Shown here piece after piece: positions 8,336 through 18,138 of a stretch of 64,000 nucleotides of DNA. The notes below the pieces were generated by a model that saw only the letters and a program-made list of their open reading frames with translations, had not been told where the DNA came from and searched no databases. Source of the DNA: Prevotella sp. (lineage in GTDB: Bacteria > Bacteroidota > Bacteroidia > Bacteroidales > Bacteroidaceae); contig JAFPWS010000013.1 in NCBI GenBank assembly GCA_017412705.1, positions 1,706 to 65,705 of the forward strand, given 5' to 3'. A program made the translations under genes and the position numbers. Within the stretch, counting starts at the first letter, position 1. Each line of letters opens with the position of its first letter.

Positions 8336-8946
8336 TGAGCGCAGACATTCACGACTATGCGCTCATGCCCTTCAAGATGGTTGAGTCTGCCTTGGCTGAC
8401 TTCAATTGCGGGCGTGAAGACATAGACGATTTCTTCCATAACAAGGCACAGGCATACGAGAAAGCGATGTTCGGCAAGACATACGCTTTCTGTCCTGATG
8501 GTGACCCAGACACCATTATGGGAGCCATCACCGTGGCCAATGCCAGCATTTTTACACGCCATCTTAGTTGGCGCCGACGCGATGTCATCGCTGCCGACAT
8601 TGAGGACGAGAAGTCCGGCCAGAACTATCCCGCCGTACTCCTTGGCCGTCTTGGTGTAGACCGCTGTTTTCAGCACCTGCATCTTGGTCCCCAGATTATT
8701 GATTTTGTCAAGGCATGGTTCAGCAGCGAGAGCAATAAGTCTGGATGTCGTTTCCTTATTGTCGATGCCTACAACGAGCCAGGACTCATTAAGTTCTACG
8801 AGCGTTGCGGACTCCACCTCTTCTTCAGTACCGAGGAACAGGAAAAGAAGTACCGCAACATCAATGACCGCGAGGGTGAGCCTCCCATCAAACTTGAAAC
8901 TCGCCTGATGTTCTTCGACCTTATCAATTATAACATCGAAAACTAA
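8332..8946 (+). CDS. GNAT N-acetyltransferase, TA-toxin-like
   Basis: FNCGREDIDDFF, YPAVLLGRLGVD, GCRFLIVDAYN and FYERCG, the TacT/AtaT-like GNAT pattern. Confidence 0.85.
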   Translation: MMSADIHDYALMPFKMVESALADFNCGREDIDDFFHNKAQAYEKAMFGKTYAFCPDGDPDTIMGAITVANASIFTRHLSWRRRDVIAADIEDEKSGQNYPAVLLGRLGVDRCFQHLHLGPQIIDFVKAWFSSESNKSGCRFLIVDAYNEPGLIKFYERCGLHLFFSTEEQEKKYRNINDREGEPPIKLETRLMFFDLINYNIEN

Positions 8947-8985
8947 ACCAATGGCACCATACATGCCCCGCAGAGAGAACAACAT

Positions 8986-9062
8986 AAAGCAGCGAGTAAG
9001 CGAGAGCAGAGCCAAACGTGTTTGGACTCTGCCGAGCGTGAGCTGTTTCGACCAAAGGTCAA
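8986..9062. repeat. Third copy of the palindromic element family
   Basis: TAAGCGAGAGCAGAGCCAAACGTGTTTGGACTCTGCCGAGCG then TCGACCAAAGGTCAA. The 12-mer TAAGCGAGAGCA recurs at 9070-9081. Confidence 0.8.
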
Positions 9063-9122
9063 ATATTGTTAAGCGAGAGCAAAAATCAGCGCAAATCTTT
9101 GGCAGTTCCAAAGATTTGATTA

Positions 9123-9143
9123 CTCTCTCTCTCTCTCTCTCTC
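9123..9143. repeat. (CT)10 microsatellite
   Basis: Directly visible, ~130 bp upstream of the 9275 start. Confidence 0.95.
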
Positions 9144-9274
9144 ACAGATACTCACCTGCAATACGCTTACTGACAAGTCGTCCCTTACGGGCGCGTTAAT
9201 ATACGGCTTTTCTTGGACTAATCCAAGGGAGGCCGCATTGTTTTTTAGTGTCTCAATTTAATCCGAATATTAAT

Positions 9275-9994
9275 ATGAAGAAAAGAATTGTAATGATGGT
9301 CTTGGTGCTGGTATCGCTGACATCGCAGGCACAGACCAAGTTCTGCAAGAGCTATGCCGACTACAAGGCCGGCCAGTGGAAACCCTACGAAGAACTGATT
9401 CCTGGCAAGGAACCCGACTCCATCCGTGTCAAGTACGATGGCCAGGACTTTACGTTGAAGACGTCGGACAAGGAGGTGAACAAGGCGATTAAGCATGATG
9501 TGTTCATGATGCAGATCGACAAGCAGCTGTTTATCAACCAGCGTCCGCTGCGCGACGAGGACGGTGGAATATTGCCTGTGAACAACTTCCTGCGTGCGCT
9601 GCCTTATCAGGGCGACAAGTTGCTGGTGGTAAGCTACAAGGTGACAATGGGCGACGTGCTCGACCTGGTGAACATAGGTCTCGACATCGCCCTCTTGGCC
9701 ACAGGACATACCACGTGGGGCAGCATCTTCCTGGCTACCGACCTGCTGCTGACCAACGACGACCTGATGGAGCATCACGTATTGTATCTGGTGGACAAGG
9801 AGCCGAACGCAAAAGGCAAGTACATCATGACGCGTCTGAACGATGAGTTCATGGAGAAGTTGCTGCGCGACGACCCCGTAACCTTCGAGCAGTACTACGG
9901 CCGTGGCTCGAAAGCCCAGCGCCAGTCGGCCAGCAACATCCTGCCCATACTGGTGAAGAAAGGTCTGATTCAGGACTATCACCATAAAAAGTAA
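9275..9994 (+). CDS. Secreted hypothetical protein
   Basis: Signal peptide MKKRIVMMVLVLVSLTSQAQ. Internal hydrophobic Gly-rich segment. Confidence 0.8.
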   Translation: MKKRIVMMVLVLVSLTSQAQTKFCKSYADYKAGQWKPYEELIPGKEPDSIRVKYDGQDFTLKTSDKEVNKAIKHDVFMMQIDKQLFINQRPLRDEDGGILPVNNFLRALPYQGDKLLVVSYKVTMGDVLDLVNIGLDIALLATGHTTWGSIFLATDLLLTNDDLMEHHVLYLVDKEPNAKGKYIMTRLNDEFMEKLLRDDPVTFEQYYGRGSKAQRQSASNILPILVKKGLIQDYHHKK

Positions 9995-10010
9995 AAAAGT
10001 AAATTATAGA

Positions 10011-12212
10011 ATGAAAGATATAAAAAACAAGGTACTAATGATAATGGTGCTGCTGCTGATGGTGACAGACATTCAAGCACAGTTGAAGGAAGGACACTTC
10101 TTCAAGACCTTTGACAACGGAAGTGTCACCCTCGAGAATGCCGAGCAGTATTTCGGCCAGTGGTTCTCGCTGCCCGCAGGCACAGAGTGGAAACTGGTGA
10201 GCCAGTGTAAGGACATTGCGGATATGGACCGCATAGAATACCGGCAGTACGTTGACGGCATCGAGGTGGAACACTCGCAGATTCTGCTGCATGCCAAGGA
10301 CGGCAAGGTGATGAGTGCCAACGGTGCCGTGATGGAGGTGGAGCGCACGCCCCAGGAGCAGCCCGCTGCCGCCCGTCGCGGTTCGCTGCTCTACAAGGAC
10401 GGGACACCAACCGACCAGTTGGGACGCGCAGTATACCTGATAGATACGAAGGACGGCTATCGCTATGCCTACAAGACACTGTCGTCCGACAGCCGTTACT
10501 GGATATATACCGACATTGAGACGGGCGACGAACTGCAGCGCGTGCCGCTGATGCACACACTGACGCAGCCCACAGGCGAGGCTGCTACCGCCATGGGTAA
10601 CAGCCTGTTCAGCGGCAACGTGACGATGGACGTGACAAAGGGTACCGACGGCAAGCTTTACCTCTACGACCAGAAGCGCAACATCCATACGCTGTTAGGT
10701 GCCTATCTTCCTACCTATGCGGAGATAGATAAGATGGGAAAAACCAAAACGTATTTCCCTCCGACCAAAGATGTCTCAACCTACCTTTTCGACGGCAACA
10801 ACTCTTCCTATATCAGCACCGATGCTGCGACGTTCAGTGCCTACAAGCTTAACAAGGTGACCATCACGAAACTGACAGTGACAGACGACAAGGGAAATCT
10901 GACGGATGCCAAACCGAATTTCACTGCATGGATGAGAATCCGCTATGGCATCGACAGCAATGAAAAGCAGAGTATCGGCGTGATAGAGGAAGTGCCCCTC
11001 TTAGTAGATCAGCTGCCCATTACGTTCAACTTCACGAAGTATCAGGAGGTGATTCCACGCGAAGGCATCTCCATCAGCTTCTATGACGAAGATTTCGGTA
11101 TGAGTTTTGACAACGACACGCTCTACCTGAAGCCCAATACTGCCGCCACGGGAGTAACCACCATCGATATTGAAGGCAAGACGGGTGCAAAGATAACCGT
11201 CGAATACGAACCCAGCTACGACCCCGCCAGCGACATCCACTGGGGCATGGGACGCACACTGGACTTCTATAAGGAAGCGTTTGGCCGCAACAGCTACGAC
11301 GGCAACGGTTCGCCGGTCTATAACTTCGTCTATCTGTCGGAAGAAGACGACAAGCTGACGTGGCTGGATACCCCGCGCAACAATGCCGCAGCCTTAGCCT
11401 CTGTCAAGCCATACCCTATGGTCTATGGTATGGGAGGATGGGACGACAACGATAAGGATTTCCAGATGCTGCCCGTTGTAGAGCTGTCGGTGATGAGCCA
11501 CGAGTTTACCCATATCGTGACCGGTCAGACAGCCCAGCTGGTGTACAAAGGCGAGTCGGGAGCACTCAACGAGTCGTTCAGCGACCTGATGGGCATCAGC
11601 TGCAAGAAGTGGAACGAGCCGGAAGCGGCGTGGATGATAGGTACTGACGGCCTGATGCTTGGTGCGAGCGACATGCGTAACATGGCTTTCCCGAAACTTT
11701 CCTATAAAAGCAGGTATCCTAACCCCGACACCTATAAGGGTCAGTACTGGGAAGACACTGAGAGTACCGCTGACAATGGCGGTGTCCATACCAACAGCAG
11801 TGTGCAGAATAAGTTCTTCTACCTGCTGTCAGACGGCGATGAGGGCACCAACGACGTGGGCTTCAGCTATAAGGTGACGGGCATCGGCATTGAGAAAGCA
11901 CGCAGGATAGCCTACCTCACCCTGACTTCGTATGCCATCTCCACTTCGACATACGCCGACATCCGTCCTGCTTTCATCAAGGCTGCCGGCTCACTCTACG
12001 GCGACAACAGTACCGAGGTAGAGGCTGTCAAGAAGGCTTGGGATGCTGTGGGCGTATTCGAGAATGGCATCATGCCAACAGCTATTGATGCAGTTGACAT
12101 GTCAACGAACAGCGAACAGCCGTCAAAGGTCTACAACATGATGGGCCAGCAGGTGGACAAGTCGCACAAGGGACTCGTAATATATAAAGGTAGAAAGTAC
12201 ATAAACAAATAA
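10011..12212 (+). CDS. M4 (thermolysin-family) metallopeptidase with T9SS-type C-terminal tail
   Basis: Signal peptide, FTP-like propeptide (YRQYVDGIEVE), HEFTH, GALNESFSD, GGVHTNS, and tail VYNMMGQQV...KGLVIYKGRKYINK. Confidence 0.92.
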   Translation: MKDIKNKVLMIMVLLLMVTDIQAQLKEGHFFKTFDNGSVTLENAEQYFGQWFSLPAGTEWKLVSQCKDIADMDRIEYRQYVDGIEVEHSQILLHAKDGKVMSANGAVMEVERTPQEQPAAARRGSLLYKDGTPTDQLGRAVYLIDTKDGYRYAYKTLSSDSRYWIYTDIETGDELQRVPLMHTLTQPTGEAATAMGNSLFSGNVTMDVTKGTDGKLYLYDQKRNIHTLLGAYLPTYAEIDKMGKTKTYFPPTKDVSTYLFDGNNSSYISTDAATFSAYKLNKVTITKLTVTDDKGNLTDAKPNFTAWMRIRYGIDSNEKQSIGVIEEVPLLVDQLPITFNFTKYQEVIPREGISISFYDEDFGMSFDNDTLYLKPNTAATGVTTIDIEGKTGAKITVEYEPSYDPASDIHWGMGRTLDFYKEAFGRNSYDGNGSPVYNFVYLSEEDDKLTWLDTPRNNAAALASVKPYPMVYGMGGWDDNDKDFQMLPVVELSVMSHEFTHIVTGQTAQLVYKGESGALNESFSDLMGISCKKWNEPEAAWMIGTDGLMLGASDMRNMAFPKLSYKSRYPNPDTYKGQYWEDTESTADNGGVHTNSSVQNKFFYLLSDGDEGTNDVGFSYKVTGIGIEKARRIAYLTLTSYAISTSTYADIRPAFIKAAGSLYGDNSTEVEAVKKAWDAVGVFENGIMPTAIDAVDMSTNSEQPSKVYNMMGQQVDKSHKGLVIYKGRKYINK

Positions 12213-12219
12213 GCAACAC

Positions 12220-13731
12220 ATGAAAAAGAATCAATGGATGCTCGCCGCCATCCTTACCATCTGCGGTACAGCCTCTGTTTTGGCACAGACTGCTGACGAC
12301 ACCGTCTATGTGTTCAAAAAAGACCAGCCCGACGTGATTTATTTCGTGCCGGCATCTGCCGACTCTACGAGCCTCGACTTCATGGACGACATGCTGCAGT
12401 GGGAGTGGGGCAAGACACAACGTCTGACGCCGCGCGGCGAGAAAGCCAGCCGCGAGTCGATGTGGAACGCCGTGGCCATGCGCAAAGTGATGGGAGAGGC
12501 CCTCGGCATCGACTCCATCACCGACGAGGCCATGCCTGCCCTGTCGCGCCTGCTGGTGAAGACCTATAACACAGGCAACCAGAACGCCGGACTGGCCAAG
12601 GACCAGGGTTGGCGCACACGACCCCTCAAGATGATGAATGAGGAGCCGTGGGGCCAGTACGACACCGACTTCCTGCGCACCAAAAGTTCGTACCCATCAT
12701 GCCACACCGCTTTCGGATGGGCCACGGCACTGGCCTTCGCCGAGATGTGGCCCGCCCTTCAGGACACCATCCTGCGGCGGGGCTTCGAGTTCGGCGAGAA
12801 CCGCGTCATTACCGGTGCCCATTGGCAGACAGACGTCTATGCTGGCTATCACAGCGGAGCTGCCGCCATTGCCCGTGCCCACACTAATACAGAACTGCAT
12901 AAAGACATCCTGGCCGCCCGCGCCGAGTATGCCCGGCTGAAGGGACTGCCCGAGGGCTACGACCCCGTGGAGGGTGCCGATGTGCCCCACGGCGAGAAGT
13001 TCCTGAACAACCCCGTCGATACAGCCAGTTACCGCTACATCTCCGATGTCACCCGCTACTGGGCTGCCAAGCCAGTGCGCTATACGCCACGTGGCGATCA
13101 AGCTGCCCATGAGGCAGAGTATAGCGTTAAGATGATGTACGAGGTGTTCGGACAGGCCATTGAGCAGAAACTCTCGCCTGAGACAACACCCGCTATCTGT
13201 GCCCTCATCGACCTCGTGCTCGACAAAGCCAGCGAGACTGCCGACCGCCTGAAGCCCCTGCGCTTCCGCAAGCGTCCTTTCGTGCAGTTGAACGAACCGT
13301 CGTTTGTGGCTGGCGATGAAGAGAAGGAGCGCGGCAAGAGTAGCTTCCCCTCTGGTCACACCAACCTGGGATGGACTACGGCACTGATGATGGTCGAGGT
13401 GGCTCCCGACCATCAGGACGAGATACTGCGCCGCGGTTATCAGTACGGCTACAACCGACTGATCGTGGGCTACCACTGGGCTACCGACATCGAGGCAACC
13501 CGTATGCTGTCGAGTGCCCTCGTAGCCCGTCTGCATGCCGATCCACAGGTGCAGCAGCTGATAGCCAATGCTGTTGCCGAGTACAATCAACTCGTAACGG
13601 GCATCAATTCCGTAACCCATACTGAGACAACATCGGCCTCCTCCCGCATTTATCGCCTTGACGGCACTCCTGGCGACATTACGACAAATGGCATCGTGAT
13701 TGTTAAAGGAAAAAAAATTTTGATTAAGTGA
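12220..13731 (+). CDS. Tandem PAP2/class A acid phosphatase with T9SS-type tail
   Basis: Two sets of KX6RP, PS(C/G)H and R-X5-H-X3-D motifs. Tail IYRLDG...GIVIVKGKKILIK. Confidence 0.9.
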   Translation: MKKNQWMLAAILTICGTASVLAQTADDTVYVFKKDQPDVIYFVPASADSTSLDFMDDMLQWEWGKTQRLTPRGEKASRESMWNAVAMRKVMGEALGIDSITDEAMPALSRLLVKTYNTGNQNAGLAKDQGWRTRPLKMMNEEPWGQYDTDFLRTKSSYPSCHTAFGWATALAFAEMWPALQDTILRRGFEFGENRVITGAHWQTDVYAGYHSGAAAIARAHTNTELHKDILAARAEYARLKGLPEGYDPVEGADVPHGEKFLNNPVDTASYRYISDVTRYWAAKPVRYTPRGDQAAHEAEYSVKMMYEVFGQAIEQKLSPETTPAICALIDLVLDKASETADRLKPLRFRKRPFVQLNEPSFVAGDEEKERGKSSFPSGHTNLGWTTALMMVEVAPDHQDEILRRGYQYGYNRLIVGYHWATDIEATRMLSSALVARLHADPQVQQLIANAVAEYNQLVTGINSVTHTETTSASSRIYRLDGTPGDITTNGIVIVKGKKILIK

Positions 13732-13786
13732 ATGAAATGAGAGTTCGCTATAATATATGGTTAAACTATTAAATTATGTATCAATT

Positions 13787-16700
13787 ATGAAAAAGTGTTG
13801 TTTATGGATGCTCGCTGCCGTCCTGACTATTTACAGTGCAACGATGATGCTGACCTCATGCGCAGAATCAGCAGAAGACAATCCCGTAACGCCCGTCAAT
13901 CCGGGCCAAGTGACAGAATCCGATATGCAGAAAGCGACTGTCGGGCTACAATTGGACATGAGTGATATTGCGCTGGGCTTGGACGGTGTGCGGATATATG
14001 ATTTCAAAGCCGACAACACGTTTGAGGTTTACGATTATTACACCAACGACGACTATGAGTTTGATGTCGATTCGATGTCGGGCACTTGGAAGCCCTTTGT
14101 CAACGAGGAACTCGCTTGGGATGTTGACGAGAACATTAAGGCCAGTGGCGTCACCATTGTGTACGATATGGATGGTAAGCCCGGCAACCCCGAATCTGCC
14201 GTGACACTCTACGGCTTCAGCGGGACTGACGACGACCTCTTCTTTATCTCTGAGGAGGCGCTCTCTACACTGGCTTATCAGGAATCGCTGGCTGAACATC
14301 CTGAACTCTACGAGGACAAGGGCAGCGAAACTGAGGAAGACGACGATACCGACTTCTACCCCTTCCTGGCTCGCACCCGCGCTGGCGCTTCAGCCTTCGC
14401 GTTCAACAGTTCCAACGAGACGGTGAAGCTGCTGGGACAGGTAGCCGGCAAGGTTGACTTGACTCGTCAGACCATCAGCACCACCGAGGGTCAGAAGGCC
14501 ATGTACGAGCAAGTGAAAAATCTTGTGGCAAGCACTGCCAAGGGCACCGCTACCAATCCCAACGATGCAGCCTTCAACCGCACGGGCTGGCGCAACCAGG
14601 AGACCATCCTGCTTTGGGACGGACAAAAGAACATCACCGTGCAGTTGCCTTGGAGCAGCCAGGTAACCAACAACAACCTGCCCATGAACTTCTGCAACGA
14701 CATCAGGCCTGACACTGGCTGGGACCTGGTGATGAACTATTGCGGCGAACAGGTGCAGACCATCGGTTCGAGCGGCTACCACTTCTTTGCCCTCTATAAC
14801 AAGTATTCAGGCATCCTGCGTTTCTTTACCTACATCCCGGAGAACTTCAGTGCCAACAATGCCAACGACCATGCCTGGGAGGTAACCATGGGCGAGCAGA
14901 CAGCCCAGCACTTAGGCTTCCGCTATGGACTGCCCATGGACAAGACTGTTGTAAACCGTGCTGCCATCGGCATGAACAGTTCAGACTACAACGTGTACTG
15001 CTCGCCTTGGGTGGGCTCGCGCTCTAAGGACGGCTTCATCACGCCAAACGCGGGATGGTGGGCATTCGACGTCGACCTGTCTAACTACCGTCCCGGATAT
15101 GCCGCTGCCCTCGAACGTCTCCGACTGCAGATGCGCGCATGGGCTAACAGCAACGTCACGTTCAGCAGCGTGCTTTCTGCCAAGGTACAGCGTGAAAGCT
15201 ATAGCACGGCTTATAACTGCAACTCACTGAGCGGAGTGGTCAGCATGCTTACCGACGTAGGCGGCACAGTCGCACAACTCGCCACTGGGATTTCCGACGG
15301 CAAGTGGGGAAATGCCGTCAAGGCAGGTTTCGGTCTGTTGGGAAAAGGCTACGGCGTGTTCACCAGCATTCGCGACAAAGACACCGCGAAACCAAAGTAT
15401 AGTGTCGTGAACACCATCGATGGCACCATCGACACCAAGGGACTCATCTCCGGTACTGTCAACGTGGCCCGTGTCACCTCGCCCGACATGCCGATGGCAC
15501 GCTTCGATACCAAGAACACAACCCTCGGACAGGGTGTGTGGAACATCAAGAGCAGCCCTGTGGTATATCAGCTCGATGCACAGTACTACTTTAATACACG
15601 AATGGAAGACGGCAGCTTAATCAGCCCCAGTCTCAGTGTCATCGATAAGAAGTTTCGCAACAAATTCAGGGGTTCCCCCTGCCTCTTCGACCCCAGCAGT
15701 GTGGAGGTGGTGCTCAACCCCAACGTGTTCCCCAAGAGCGACATCGAGTATGTTGACGTGAAGACCTTCTGTGCCGTACGCAACAAGACGAAGCACGACA
15801 TGGGCAGCGAGTACCGCAAGGCATTCAACCTGCCCGTCTATAACCAGTACACCTTGTCAAAAGAGCAAGTCTACGTGAGCGACTACAAGATGAACAGCAA
15901 CAATCCCGCCTGGGACTACCTCTATGACTGCAGCGACAAGATGGACATGACCTACCCCAAGGCTTATAAGGATATAGAAACTGACAACAAGGTGGGCTAT
16001 GCCCTGGTAGGCCGTGGTAACGACGAGTCGCTGATGGAACCCACCATGTTCGGCTACGACGAGAGTACCTGGGGGCAGGACATCAAGCCCTACCTGCCGT
16101 TCTACGAGGTGACGGTCATGGTGACGGTGAAGCTGAAGAGCCTCAATGCTCCGCTATCTTATACGCGCACCTACCTGCCCGAAGTCCGTTGGCTCAGCTG
16201 GAACAAGGCCGTGGGTGTCGTCAGTCACGCTGAGAAGTGGCTGGCCGACCTGAAGAAGGAGGGCCTTGCCAACAAGGAGTCGGGTACTGCCTATCAGGAG
16301 TACCAGCTGAAGCACATGAAGGATGTGCTGTCATTCGTAAAGCCCGGTTATGAAACTGCGCTGCACGGAGTCACCTTCACGGAGGTCAAAGGCGGTGGCG
16401 GCTACATCGAGAACCTGTTCGACGGCAATCTTAACACGGCTTGGGAACCCTCAATCAAAGCGAGGGTCAACGGTTCCTATTGGGAGTGCGAGTTCAAGTC
16501 CAGCCGCCCCATAAACGTCAAGAGCTACACCCTCTACAATCATAATAATTGGAACAAGTATAAGAGCGAACCCGAGCTTTGGAGCATCAGTGCCAAGAAC
16601 GAGAAGGGCGAGTGGATAGAGATTGACTCCCGATACAAAGAGCAGCCAAAGGGCAACTCGGCCTCGAAGACCTACGAGGTCAAGATACCGGGATCATATC

Positions 16701-16810
16701 AGGAATTCAGGTTCAGGGTAGTTTGCTACAATGGTTCCCTCAGTGGCTGGGCGAACTTCTGGGGAGCTGACCTGCGACTCAGAGTCGCGGAGTTGGTATT
16801 CCATGAATAG
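13787..16810 (+). CDS. Large lipoprotein with C-terminal F5/8 type C (discoidin)-like domain
   Basis: Lipobox LTSC followed by acidic residues. C-terminal NLFDGNLNTAW...YQEFRF...VAEL pattern. Confidence 0.8.
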   Translation: MKKCCLWMLAAVLTIYSATMMLTSCAESAEDNPVTPVNPGQVTESDMQKATVGLQLDMSDIALGLDGVRIYDFKADNTFEVYDYYTNDDYEFDVDSMSGTWKPFVNEELAWDVDENIKASGVTIVYDMDGKPGNPESAVTLYGFSGTDDDLFFISEEALSTLAYQESLAEHPELYEDKGSETEEDDDTDFYPFLARTRAGASAFAFNSSNETVKLLGQVAGKVDLTRQTISTTEGQKAMYEQVKNLVASTAKGTATNPNDAAFNRTGWRNQETILLWDGQKNITVQLPWSSQVTNNNLPMNFCNDIRPDTGWDLVMNYCGEQVQTIGSSGYHFFALYNKYSGILRFFTYIPENFSANNANDHAWEVTMGEQTAQHLGFRYGLPMDKTVVNRAAIGMNSSDYNVYCSPWVGSRSKDGFITPNAGWWAFDVDLSNYRPGYAAALERLRLQMRAWANSNVTFSSVLSAKVQRESYSTAYNCNSLSGVVSMLTDVGGTVAQLATGISDGKWGNAVKAGFGLLGKGYGVFTSIRDKDTAKPKYSVVNTIDGTIDTKGLISGTVNVARVTSPDMPMARFDTKNTTLGQGVWNIKSSPVVYQLDAQYYFNTRMEDGSLISPSLSVIDKKFRNKFRGSPCLFDPSSVEVVLNPNVFPKSDIEYVDVKTFCAVRNKTKHDMGSEYRKAFNLPVYNQYTLSKEQVYVSDYKMNSNNPAWDYLYDCSDKMDMTYPKAYKDIETDNKVGYALVGRGNDESLMEPTMFGYDESTWGQDIKPYLPFYEVTVMVTVKLKSLNAPLSYTRTYLPEVRWLSWNKAVGVVSHAEKWLADLKKEGLANKESGTAYQEYQLKHMKDVLSFVKPGYETALHGVTFTEVKGGGGYIENLFDGNLNTAWEPSIKARVNGSYWECEFKSSRPINVKSYTLYNHNNWNKYKSEPELWSISAKNEKGEWIEIDSRYKEQPKGNSASKTYEVKIPGSYQEFRFRVVCYNGSLSGWANFWGADLRLRVAELVFHE

Positions 16811-16834
16811 TAACTGTGTGATGCACAGAATCAG

Positions 16835-16866
16835 AAGCTCACAGGGGAACAAAGCCCTGTGAGCTT
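16835..16866. terminator. Perfect 12-bp hairpin after the lipoprotein gene
   Basis: AAGCTCACAGGG-N8-CCCTGTGAGCTT, with no T-run on the plus strand. Confidence 0.55.
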
Positions 16867-16932
16867 AAAATATTTACATACAAAAACAGAACGATGAAGA
16901 AGAGACGGGACAATGAATATCATACAACTGCG

Positions 16933-17085
16933 ATGAAGACTATGAAACTGTGGATGATGGCTGCCATCCTGACTGCTGCGGCCGCCAAGATTCAGCTGAC
17001 CGCAGAGGAAGTTGCGCGACTCGAAGCACTCGCTGATGCCACAGGCATTGACACCCGTGGCGGTTGGGAACACTCTATGGAATGA
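16933..17085 (+). pseudogene. Chimeric mini-ORF: signal-peptide start fused to a probable aldo/keto reductase C-terminus
   Basis: MKTMKLWMMAAILT followed by AAAAKIQLTAEEVARLEALADATGIDTRGGWEHSME, where LT.EEV..LE is the last helix of the AKR barrel. Confidence 0.6.
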
Positions 17086-17197
17086 AAAGCGAACTTTACC
17101 GCAGGTTTTTTGCAGTCAATCCGCAGAAAACGATCCTATTAATCACACATCGTTCTGTAGTCGGGAAGTTGTGTGATAATGTGGTAAAACTGTAGAA

Positions 17198-18034
17198 TTA
17201 CACACCTCGTCCACGCCCATGACTATAGTTTTGGCCATATAGTTCCTTTGTGCGTAGTTCTTCAAGCGCACTAAGGGTACCGTCCTGCCAATAGTACTCA
17301 ACCTGGGGTTTGGCTTTGTTCCAGATGTCCACACATAACTGATTTCTGTCACCACCATCGAAGGCGAGGAAGGCTTCGATGGTATTAGCCTGTTCTTGGT
17401 TCAGGTGACGCTGGTATGAACAGTTACCCATCTCTATCACAGCCTTGACAGCTGAATCAAAGAGTCGGTCATGCTGTTGATGGTACGAGTCCCAGATGCC
17501 ATCAGCGATACGCATGGCATCCTCTTGGAGGGGCTTCAAATCATCAAAGTCAAGTTTGCAGTCAGGGTCTGTCTTGGCCATCATCTTGGCAAAATGGAAT
17601 GTATCTTCAACGTAGCCCTGTCGCCCCTTCTTTGTTTTCTCTCCGCTCATGGCATCCTGAAGGATGTCTTTCAAGTCCTTGGAAAACTCCTTGAAGCCCT
17701 TCCTCCACTGGTCATATACGATCCTGACCACCTTCTTGAAGTTCAATGAACAGAACGCAAAGATAAGATCGCGCAGGACTTTCAGCCTATCCAACAGATC
17801 ATTGTTGGCTTTCTTGGTATCAGACAGTTCTTTTTCAAGCATCTCGATTCGCTCGACCTTAGTAATCTGCTGACGACTCCCCAAACCAAAATCCACCATG
17901 ATGGGATTGCCGTTCTTATCGAAGGCCAGACTTGCTCTCTTGAGTTTCTGCTCATAGTCCTTCTTCATTTCAGCCATTGCAGCATTATGTTCTCGCTTGG
18001 CCTCGTTCTTCGCTCTATAGCCAAGTTGAACCAA
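17198..18034 (-). pseudogene. C-terminal part of a mobilisation (Mob/Pre-type) protein, relaxase domain absent
   Basis: Coiled-coil-rich, ends SHGRGRGV as is typical of Mob tails. No ATG start and no HUH motif. Confidence 0.5.
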
Positions 18035-18138
18035 GATGTTAATCGACTACGCTCATTTAACCTCTATGAATGTAAGAACAACTCGACGTTTAGCAATGAA
18101 GAAATATGCAGTCACATTATTATAATACGGATCAGAAC

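Noticed and set aside
8056-9111. 351-aa minus-strand ORF
   Set aside because: Antisense shadow of the antitoxin-GNAT pair, running through a non-coding repeat.
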